Below, piece by piece: positions 52,216 through 60,467 of a stretch of DNA of 64,000 nucleotides. Source of the stretch: Methanobacteriota archaeon (GTDB lineage Archaea; Halobacteriota; Bog-38; Methanoflorentales; Methanoflorentaceae); NCBI GenBank assembly GCA_963720465.1, contig OY970393.1, positions 2,016,001 through 2,080,000 of the forward strand. Direction: 5' to 3'. The notes under the pieces are model-generated. The model searched no databases and was not told the DNA's origin. It saw only the letters and a program-made list of their open reading frames with translations. The first letter of the stretch is position 1, and every line of letters begins with the position of its first letter. A program made the position numbers and the translations under genes.

Positions 52216-52415
52216 AATCCCTCTTTTTAGCGTTCAATGCTGCTATTGCGCGTTAAGCGTTTGCCCTTTTATCGTGAATTTCACCCTTGACGACGGTGAA
52301 CCCGCAATTTTGAAAGTATTTGCGCTATCAACTCCAGAACGGGGCTTAGAATATGCTCTTAAACTAAGAGCTAAGGCGATACCAAAATGAATATGCAAAG
52401 TCGCTCGCTTCGCGC

Positions 52416-52670
52416 TCATGATTGTTCATATGCCCAGCCGTATTCGCAGCTTTGAAGCAATTGCACTTGTATCCTTTTGATAATTCGGTGCAACTGCTGA
52501 CGTGCACTGTCGGGTAACCAGCCATCGTGAACGCGGTCTTGCAGGTACTGACAAGCTTCCCAACTGGTCGAGCACTTCCCCAAAAGTTTTTCAGCAGCTG
52601 TATCGGCATAGTCGTTTTTGTAGTCCGCGATTTCAAGGATGAGTTCATCGACCTCAACGAAATCGTTCAT
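52416..52670 (-). CDS. small helical hypothetical protein
   Basis: 84 aa; supported by the diverged paralogous remnant at 50424. Confidence 0.7.
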   Translation of the reverse strand: MNDFVEVDELILEIADYKNDYADTAAEKLLGKCSTSWEACQYLQDRVHDGWLPDSARQQLHRIIKRIQVQLLQSCEYGWAYEQS

Positions 52671-52750
52671 GGGGCAAAATGTGGATCGTATCTGGGTAAT
52701 TGTTAGCTAAAAGTAGAGTGAAAGTGTGGTAGTGTTATAACAAGATGCAA

Positions 52751-52840
52751 CTAAGGCGGTTGACCGCCCCACTTACTTCTTATAAGGGGGGATATTTGGC
52801 CAAGCATCGACCCATGCAATGGGGGCGGTCACAGCCTTAG
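52751..52840. repeat. 90-bp element with ~20-bp imperfect terminal inverted repeats (MITE-like)
   Basis: CTAAGGCGGTTGACCGCCCC ... GGGGGCGGTCACAGCCTTAG. Confidence 0.6.
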
Positions 52841-52926
52841 AACTACTAAACCGAGGCATCCTATAGGTATAGCTAAAACCTATCTGAAGTTTTATTACAA
52901 ATTTCGTACGTTACGGCGGGTTGTAG

Positions 52927-52958
52927 AAAAAAAAGTGGGGGAGTGACGCAACTCCCTT
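52927..52958 (-). terminator. hairpin plus T8 terminator
   Basis: GGGAGT-TGCGTC-ACTCCC then TTTTTTTT on the minus strand, just after ORF 52968. Confidence 0.65.
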
Positions 52959-52967
52959 AACCAAATC

Positions 52968-53711
52968 TCATTTCGCATGCGGGAACGTGAGCACGACGCT
53001 GCTACAGACGATTGTGGCAGAGGCCTGTCCCGCGCCAGCAGCGGGATACTGCCCAGTATCGACTTGAGCGCCGCCACCGCCATAGTACGGACCGACAGAG
53101 TCTCCGGAAAATACCTGCCCCACTGTGGTGTGCCAGGTCTGTGTTATGGTGGCTGTCTTCACTTGTGGGTTATTGCCGTACACACTAGAATTCGCGGGAT
53201 TCATCGCGTAGACACCCCAGAGCGCTTCCGCGAAAGTGTCCTGGTTGCCCTTCGCTTGGATGAAGTATTGCACAGTCACGGTAACTGTGCACGGCATATC
53301 TTTGACGGTGGCCCAGGTCGAGCCACTCGGGAGCTTGAGCTGCCACCACATTCCCACTCCTGCTTCGCTCACACCGGCTTGCGTTTGCGTCGTGTGTATC
53401 GACGAGTAAGCGGTACCGATGCTAGTTATCTCGAAGTGCGTTATGTGTCTCCCCGAATAAGCATAGAAATCCGTGTACTTATTATTGAACTGCAACGGCA
53501 CGTATGTATACGTCGCTCCTTGTCTGTAGTTCACTACAACGGCCGGCGGCTCTGATAGAGCGGCGGCATTCTGGGCCTTCACGACACCTGCAGCGCTCAG
53601 CGCCGATGCAGTGGGTTGCGCGGCAGCCGTTTGCGTCGTTGCGACGCCTGTAGCACTCAGCACGGAAACGGCCATTATGGCGATAAGGAGCAATGCTAAA
53701 TATTTTTTCAT
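52968..53711 (-). CDS. secreted beta-rich hypothetical protein
   Basis: GGAGG SD, MKKYLALLLIA signal peptide, Ala/Thr linker, own TATA box and terminator. Confidence 0.8.
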   Translation of the reverse strand: MKKYLALLLIAIMAVSVLSATGVATTQTAAAQPTASALSAAGVVKAQNAAALSEPPAVVVNYRQGATYTYVPLQFNNKYTDFYAYSGRHITHFEITSIGTAYSSIHTTQTQAGVSEAGVGMWWQLKLPSGSTWATVKDMPCTVTVTVQYFIQAKGNQDTFAEALWGVYAMNPANSSVYGNNPQVKTATITQTWHTTVGQVFSGDSVGPYYGGGGAQVDTGQYPAAGAGQASATIVCSSVVLTFPHAK

Positions 53712-53829
53712 GATGTAACCTCCCTTTCGAATTGGTGGTGGCCGTGATGCCGCCATTTATTAAGACCTATTAGTTTGCGCCGGCTTTGCTATAAAGGTTT
53801 TTGTAATTGATTCGTGTTAGAGCAAAGAG

Positions 53830-54156
53830 GTGCGCCCACAGGTTGTTGTGGCTATGTTGCCGTTGCTTGACGGGCGACCCGAGGAAGAGGCCGTGTTCAA
53901 ACAGCTATTGTTCCAGCGGTGGCTCAAACAGAATGAAATTCGATTGCTGCTGAGCAACGTTCATATCGTCAACGGTGACTTACGCAAATTCGCCGAGCAG
54001 CACTCAGACGTCATTCAATGGGAGCACTCAAATCGTGCCTACATCCTCACACACGGCGTATCGGGAGTTGACTGGCGATTTTACAAGCATCCGCTTCCGG
54101 ATTCGGTTTATGCCGTCTATATGGAGTACTGGGGAGACGTGAGCTTAAAAATCTGA
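53830..54156 (+). CDS. hypothetical protein
   Basis: 108-aa ORF, protein-like composition. Confidence 0.5.
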   Translation: MRPQVVVAMLPLLDGRPEEEAVFKQLLFQRWLKQNEIRLLLSNVHIVNGDLRKFAEQHSDVIQWEHSNRAYILTHGVSGVDWRFYKHPLPDSVYAVYMEYWGDVSLKI

Positions 54157-54673
54157 GCTAGGCTCACTCAGTTTCTCGAGACGCGCTAGTGATTTGTCAA
54201 TCACCGCAGCTCGAACGCGCTGAAAGTGAAAGAAAAAAAGAAGAAGGACTGTAAAGCCCTTCACGACCCCTGCAACGCTTAAGCTCCTGTATCAGGTTCC
54301 GCACCTGCGGGTAGAGCTGACCCTGCGCCGCGCTACTTGCGCCGCAACTTCTTCGACTTCGTTATTGAAATCCGTAAAAATCCTTTTTGCGTCGCTTGCG
54401 AGTTTCACGCCCCATCTGATTTTCCGTTATCGAAAAGCCATTTGGAGGTTTGTACCGTTGACACGACTTCGTTCTCTACTCTAGGCCAGCGCCTTTTCAG
54501 CACATCAAAGCGAGCTAGCCAATAGTTTCCAACTTCGTCTGTGCGTCCCCAAATCATTCTAGTTCTTCCTCGTTCTTGCTCGAAATACACTAAGAGAAAA
54601 AAATGGCGAATGCGCCACAATTAGCCCGCGCTTTGCCTGGTTCGCTCGCGGTATTGCGTAAGCGCACCCCAAT

Positions 54674-55879
54674 CTAGCGAAGCTCCTCGTACACCTCGTC
54701 GAGGTTTATCCCAGCAATCGTCTTTTCGCTATAGAACAGCTTCTTCTCTCGAACGGCGGTCTGCAGTTGTGCATTCGAAATGCCGTTTTGCAGCGCCAGG
54801 TACGCTTCCATGAATGCCGCGAGGTCATCAGCTGCTTTGACCAGTTCTCCGTCGACCGGGTTGTAGCGGTCACGGTTGTACGACGCGGTTATCTCATCAG
54901 AGGTTGTGTGGCGGACCTGCCCGTCAATCGTCACCTTTGAGACAAACTCATCTTCAGTAAACATCCGCATCTCGGGCTGCCACGCCTTTGGAATGAGCTC
55001 TGGCGCGTAAATTCTACGCTCCATCTCTTCCCGTTCAAAGTCCTTCAAGAAGCGATCCAGGCCCGTGGCCGCCCTCTTGACGGGGCTGATAATGTCCTTG
55101 GTGAGGACTTCGGGCAGGTCGTGGAACAGCCCGGTGAAGTAGTTGTTCACACAGCGCTTGGGACACGCGCCGATCTCAAGTGAGAACAGGTACGAGAGGA
55201 TCGCCACGATGAGCATGTGGCCGAGCACCGAGGTCCGCGGGACTCGGAAGAGCTGCCCCCATCGCACTTGAAATCGCAGGCGCCCGCACAAATCGACAAA
55301 GCTCCGATAGGTTGGGAAAAGGGCGAGGTAGCGCAGTCCTTCGACGTCAGCGAGCGCCTCCTGGCGCCTCTGCAATCCCCGCCGGATCTCGTCAATCTCG
55401 TAATCGCCCGTATTTTCGCGTTCGATGATGTCAAACTCCCACTTGGTCGCGTAGAAGTGGGCCGCGTCGAGCACTTTCCTGCTGGCGGTGTTCGAAGGGT
55501 GGAACAGATATGTTTCAAACCGTTTGTCGAGCCCGTTTAGATCGGCTATAAGGGGCTGAAAGCGCGCGTAGACCTCGCTCTTTAGCTCATTATACGTCTC
55601 GTCGTTTGCCTTGATCTTCTCGAAGATCTGGGGCTTCAAGTCGGTGAGGGTGAGGCGCTCGAAGTACTCGAACAAGCCACCCTCGATGACCTCGATCCAG
55701 CTGAAGTCGCTGCTGTGTTCGGCGAACTTGCCGAGCACGTAGGTGATGGCCATCTTGTGTCCCTGCTTGTCGAGTTCGGTCAACGGGACGGGACACAGCT
55801 TGTCGTTCCAGCGGCGCATTTCAGCAGCTTGAAAAAGCTCGATGAGGAGGGCTTTGCCTACCATGCTAGCTTGTTTCAA
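54674..55879 (-). CDS. tandem HD-domain phosphohydrolase (YfbR-like)
   Basis: MRRWND..H in the N-half; RW..SVLGH, FHDLPE..DI.SPVK, KAADDLAA in the C-half; GGAGTGA SD plus TTG. Confidence 0.85.
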   Translation of the reverse strand: MKQASMVGKALLIELFQAAEMRRWNDKLCPVPLTELDKQGHKMAITYVLGKFAEHSSDFSWIEVIEGGLFEYFERLTLTDLKPQIFEKIKANDETYNELKSEVYARFQPLIADLNGLDKRFETYLFHPSNTASRKVLDAAHFYATKWEFDIIERENTGDYEIDEIRRGLQRRQEALADVEGLRYLALFPTYRSFVDLCGRLRFQVRWGQLFRVPRTSVLGHMLIVAILSYLFSLEIGACPKRCVNNYFTGLFHDLPEVLTKDIISPVKRAATGLDRFLKDFEREEMERRIYAPELIPKAWQPEMRMFTEDEFVSKVTIDGQVRHTTSDEITASYNRDRYNPVDGELVKAADDLAAFMEAYLALQNGISNAQLQTAVREKKLFYSEKTIAGINLDEVYEELR

Positions 55880-56924
55880 TCACTCCTGTTAAAAGCTTTC
55901 ACCTGTGAAGTGATTGGTGAGTGCTCATTTTTGAAATCGCCGTATGACTATAGAGGGATTTTGATGGAGGCAAACGACGTGCACCTTACGGCCTATAAGG
56001 ACCTGCCAAACTGGCGGTGGGAGTTCGTGAGTTCATCTGCGTCACCTAATGTCGTTTGCTGCCGGTTGACTTTGAGGGATTGGAGGAAATAGGTGAGCTG
56101 TGCGTGAAGAGCCTGGAAGAACGCTTGGAGCTCGTGGAGACGTTGCCGAAGTACGAATCGATTACCGTTGACGAAGCATCTTTGGATGAGACCTAGTGTC
56201 GTTAGAGATTAGCTGGAATCATTGGTCATAAACGTTTAATTGGGACTGCGGTTCATCTTCGACAAGGTCTCGCATTAATTTTGGCGCACGAAGACTCTGA
56301 GAGTCTGCGAGTTGGGAAGTTGCCGCAAAGAAAACTGCCAACACGCTTGATAGCAGCAGCTTTCCCGCTCACGTGAGATCATAGCCGCGATGCGTTTGCA
56401 GAACAATGCCTACTCTTAGAGATCTCGAAGTCGCGCGTAGAGTCGTGGTCCTGCCATAAGAGATCCTCTTTAGGCACTTTAACATCAATTATCCGGTCTG
56501 CTGTCAACTTGAGCTGATTGTGTTAGTCTGTCGCGACGTTGACGAAATCTTTAGCATAGGAGCAGATGCCCCCTTTTCAGGGGCATCAACGTCAATGGCC
56601 ACGTCCTTACGTTTTCAAAAACGTTGAGCTACGATTTTTCTCAGGTTAAAAGATCAAATGCTGAGCATCAAGGGTTCCGACTCGGATCCCGCCTTTAGTT
56701 TTCGATTTAGGCGCGAGCAGGGCATAATGAATGGAGGCGAAAGGTTTACGGTCAGACGAACATGACTTTTATAGCTTAGTTAGCCGAGAAGCTCAACCCC
56801 CCTTGATTCTGACAAGTTTATGAATAAGCTCACTTTTTCACAAATATTAGATATTTAGATATAATAAGAAAAGTTAAATGAAAATAATACGATTGTTTGA
56901 CGGCATATTCGCGAGGTCTAAGCG

Positions 56925-58766
56925 ATGATTGAAGCTCTTGCGACATTAGGTCAGTATTCTATAGCTCAGCGGGAAGGCACTGACGAAAGCCATTTGCAAA
57001 CTTTGGTTGATGATCCTAAAACCTCAACAAGGTACAAGCACGTTTTATTTGTTACATTCGATGCGGCCAAAGACTACAGCTTTACCGGAGTCGAGTATGA
57101 GGAGTACTCAAAAGAGAAGATCTGCGAGTATCTCTACAAGAAAGGTGCTCCCAACGGGCCGGATGTCACGCCGACGGCAAGGGTTGCCGCAAAAATCGAA
57201 AAAACCTTTGATAATAAGATCGCGAAATGGTTTGAAAACGCATTGGATGACGATCTCGTGCGGCAGGATCAAACAAATTACGCATTCTTGCTCAAGCTCT
57301 CCAATGCTATAGAGCGTGAGCATGATCGCATTCTTGCTGAGCTCACAGCAAAGTTTGATGCTATCGAGAAAAAAGACCGCGTCATCATTTCGATCCTCAT
57401 CGAGAACGACCCGATCGGGAGGTACGTCGGGGATTTTCCGATATTCAGACAGATCGTTTCGAAAAAAGGCGTAGAGGCCTACTATAAGAGGTACGGCTTC
57501 GAGTCGGTAGCCTATGACCAAACGTGTTCCGTCTGCAAAACGGTCACTCCAGAGGTGTATGGATTTGCCAGCACTTTTGCATTCTACAACGTCGACAAGC
57601 CCGGATTCGTCAGCAGCGGGTTCGACCAATCAAAAGCTTGGAAAAATTACCCCGTCTGCGAGCGCTGCGCGTTGATTTTGGAAGAAGGTCGAAAGTTCCT
57701 CGAGCGCGATTTTGCCTTTCGGATGTACAATTTGAACTATTTCATCATTCCAAAGCCTTTGTTTGACCGCGATAGCGGCGAGGTGATCAAAAAATTCCTT
57801 TATTATAAGCGTGATTTTCGGTCACTGAGCCCCAAGAACAAGCGCATGGTGGACGCGCGAGAGGACGACATCCTGAACTATCTGTCCGAGCAGCATAACT
57901 TTTTTAACAACAACTTCCTGTTTTATGAAAAATCCAACGCCGCCTTTCGAATCCTCCTCTACATCGAAGACGTCCTCCCGTCTCACATCCGACGAATGTT
58001 TGAGGCCAAGGCGGTCGTTGACGAAAAATCTATGTTCAAAGCTGCAGGCAAGGACGGCGAGAGCTTGCTCTTCGACTTCCGGGCAGTGAACCACTTCTTC
58101 TGGGGTTCAGATAAGCGGAAGCACTTCTTAGAAGTTATTGATAGCATTTTTACCTCGAGGCAGGTTGACTATTCATTCTTGATTCGGTCGATAATCAACA
58201 AGATCCGCGACGACTACGCTCGAGGCAACTATACAAAATATTCAACGCTGCGCGGCATACAGCTCCTACTCTTTTTGCACGAGATGGATCTGCTGAAGCG
58301 ATATGAAGGTGATGGGCCAATGAAAGAAACGACAATTTTTGATGTGGACGATTCGAATCCCGTCGTCGACGCCGTGAATACATTGTTCGACGAATTTCCC
58401 GACTTCTTTGATACCAACGCAAAACGGGCGGTTTTCTTAGAAGGAGTCCTGACTGAGAAGCTGTTGCGTGTGCAGTACATGGAAAGAGGCGGAGCCACCC
58501 CTTTTAAGTCAAAGCTTAACTCTCTCAATCTGGATGAGCGTCTCCTTAAGAAACTGCTGCCGCAAATCCAAAACAAGTTTCAGGAATATGGAAAGGACTA
58601 CTATCGCACGCTGGAGAAGCTGCTAGCCGAGCATATGGTAAAAGCAGGCACAAACTGGAGGATGACTCCGGATGAGATAAGCTTCTACTTTGTCATGGGA
58701 ATGAACCTCTCAGACTACGTTAAAGGCAGCCCTGCTGCATCTGTGGAAGGTGATACAGATGGATGA
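56925..58766 (+). CDS. cas8b: type I-B Cas8b (Csh1/TM1802 family)
   Basis: CSVC..FYNVDKPGF..WKNYPVC..C; YFIIP; FYFVMGM; first gene of the Cascade operon. Confidence 0.9.
   Translation: MIEALATLGQYSIAQREGTDESHLQTLVDDPKTSTRYKHVLFVTFDAAKDYSFTGVEYEEYSKEKICEYLYKKGAPNGPDVTPTARVAAKIEKTFDNKIAKWFENALDDDLVRQDQTNYAFLLKLSNAIEREHDRILAELTAKFDAIEKKDRVIISILIENDPIGRYVGDFPIFRQIVSKKGVEAYYKRYGFESVAYDQTCSVCKTVTPEVYGFASTFAFYNVDKPGFVSSGFDQSKAWKNYPVCERCALILEEGRKFLERDFAFRMYNLNYFIIPKPLFDRDSGEVIKKFLYYKRDFRSLSPKNKRMVDAREDDILNYLSEQHNFFNNNFLFYEKSNAAFRILLYIEDVLPSHIRRMFEAKAVVDEKSMFKAAGKDGESLLFDFRAVNHFFWGSDKRKHFLEVIDSIFTSRQVDYSFLIRSIINKIRDDYARGNYTKYSTLRGIQLLLFLHEMDLLKRYEGDGPMKETTIFDVDDSNPVVDAVNTLFDEFPDFFDTNAKRAVFLEGVLTEKLLRVQYMERGGATPFKSKLNSLNLDERLLKKLLPQIQNKFQEYGKDYYRTLEKLLAEHMVKAGTNWRMTPDEISFYFVMGMNLSDYVKGSPAASVEGDTDG
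58320..58766 (+). CDS. cas11: putative Cas11 small subunit from an in-frame internal start in cas8b
   Basis: GAAGGTGAT SD at 58305-58313, in-frame ATG 58320, helical 148-aa domain. Confidence 0.6.
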   Translation: MKETTIFDVDDSNPVVDAVNTLFDEFPDFFDTNAKRAVFLEGVLTEKLLRVQYMERGGATPFKSKLNSLNLDERLLKKLLPQIQNKFQEYGKDYYRTLEKLLAEHMVKAGTNWRMTPDEISFYFVMGMNLSDYVKGSPAASVEGDTDG

Positions 58767-59754
58767 TTACGTAAAGAACAGGTCTGAAATTATTTTTTTG
58801 TACGACGTCAAAGACGCAAACCCGAATGGCGATCCGCTTGACGAGAACCGTCCGCGGATCGACGAAGAGACTGGCATTAATCTGGTCACCGACGTCCGGC
58901 TTAAGCGGACGATCAGGGACTACTTGCACAACTTTAAGGACGAAGAAATATTCGTCAGGGAAATTGAGTATGGTGACGGTTACATCCAGGATGCAAAGCA
59001 GCGCGCTGAGGATTTCCTCCCCGCCGACACGAGCATGCCGGCAGGTCTTAATGAAAAGAAGAAGGTAATCGACGAGGGTGTGTTGCGCGCATGCATCGAC
59101 GTGCGGCTGTTTGGGGCCACGATACCGATCAGCTCGACAAAATCGACGAAAGGCGCTGACGAAGAAAAAAAGGGAGCGATCACCCACACGGGTCCAGTGC
59201 AGTTCAAAATCGGCCGGTCAATGCACAAAGTATACGTTAAGCATTTTAGGGGCACGGGGGCGTTTGCGTCCGGCAAAGGCGCGACACAAAAGACGTTCAG
59301 GGAAGAGGACTTTCTGCCCTATTCACTGATCAACTTCTATGGCATCATCAACGAGAACGTGGCGCCTGAGACGCGGCTCACCGAGCGCGATGTCAACGCG
59401 CTGGTGGACGCTATGTGGAACGGCACCAAGAACCTCATCTCACGGTCGAAAGCAGGGCAAGTCCCGCGGCTGCTCGTAAAAGTGAATTACCGGACCCGTA
59501 ACTACCACATCGGCGACCTCAACTCTGGCATCAAGCTTGTTTCAGAGCTGGACGATGAGGTAATACGTGACATCTCGGAAGTACAGCTTGACGTCGACGA
59601 GTTTATAGCCGCGTTGCTGCGTCACAAAGAGACCATTGAAAGTATACAGCATAAGGTCGATCCGAAAGTTAGGCTGCTGCACAATGGCGCTGAAATGACA
59701 TTCGAGGCGTGCCTGGATCAAGCCGGCGTTGCTCACTCTGCGCTCAGCTTCTGA
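58759..59754 (+). CDS. cas7: type I-B Cas7 (Csh2)
   Basis: NPNGDP..NRPR, VTDVRLKRTIRDY, DVRLFG, TGPVQF, SRSK.GQ.PR. Confidence 0.95.
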   Translation: MDDYVKNRSEIIFLYDVKDANPNGDPLDENRPRIDEETGINLVTDVRLKRTIRDYLHNFKDEEIFVREIEYGDGYIQDAKQRAEDFLPADTSMPAGLNEKKKVIDEGVLRACIDVRLFGATIPISSTKSTKGADEEKKGAITHTGPVQFKIGRSMHKVYVKHFRGTGAFASGKGATQKTFREEDFLPYSLINFYGIINENVAPETRLTERDVNALVDAMWNGTKNLISRSKAGQVPRLLVKVNYRTRNYHIGDLNSGIKLVSELDDEVIRDISEVQLDVDEFIAALLRHKETIESIQHKVDPKVRLLHNGAEMTFEACLDQAGVAHSALSF

Positions 59755-59762
59755 GGGACGGC

Positions 59763-60467
59763 ATGCAGCCCGTGATCGCATTTGATCTCTGGGGAGACTA
59801 CGCACATTTTCGCAAGTACTTCACAACAACGTCACCCCTCACCTTCTTACTACCCCCTCGAACGGTGTTAATGGGGCTCATAGGGGCTGTCTGCGGGCTC
59901 AAAAAAGAGGAGTACATTAAAACCTTCGCAGGCGACCAGGCACGATTAGCCGTCTCGATATGCCTTCCAGCGAGGAAGGTCAGGTTGGTAGAAAACTTCA
60001 TTGACACTAAAACTGCGCTCCTTATGGGCAAAATCAAGAACCGCACCCAGATAAGGCTTGAGCTCGTTAAAAACCCGCGGTATCGCGTTTACGTGAGCCT
60101 GAAAAACAAGGCACTGCACGATCTGTTGAAGGAGATGCTCGTCGCCCACAAATGTGTCTATACGCCGTATCTTGGAATCAGCGAACTCATCGCAAATTTT
60201 TCCTACGTCGGCGAGTACGCTGCGGAAGCGCGAGCGCCAGACAAACACGTGAATATCGTCACCGCGCTGAACGCTGACCTCATTCGGGACCTCACCATTG
60301 AGGATAATAAAGAGTACTTCTCAGAGGTGATGCCGTGCGACATGGCGGAAGACCGATCTGTCACGCGGTATTCTAAGATCGTGTACGAACGCAACGGGCA
60401 GGCAGTCAAAGCCCACGTTACCGAATGTCTGGAACTTGAAAAAGGCGAATTCATTGCGTTCATGTGA
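59763..60467 (+). CDS. cas5: type I-B Cas5
   Basis: FDLWGDYAHFRK..TSPLT..PPRT..GLIGA; YTPYLG. Confidence 0.95.
   Translation: MQPVIAFDLWGDYAHFRKYFTTTSPLTFLLPPRTVLMGLIGAVCGLKKEEYIKTFAGDQARLAVSICLPARKVRLVENFIDTKTALLMGKIKNRTQIRLELVKNPRYRVYVSLKNKALHDLLKEMLVAHKCVYTPYLGISELIANFSYVGEYAAEARAPDKHVNIVTALNADLIRDLTIEDNKEYFSEVMPCDMAEDRSVTRYSKIVYERNGQAVKAHVTECLELEKGEFIAFM

Noticed and set aside
54525-54590. Resemblance to 37-nt methanogen CRISPR repeats
   Set aside because: Only a partial match in one copy, inside what looks like degraded coding sequence
55872-55916. GTTTCAATC... as an isolated CRISPR repeat
   Set aside because: Explained by the SD and TTG start of the HD gene; single copy
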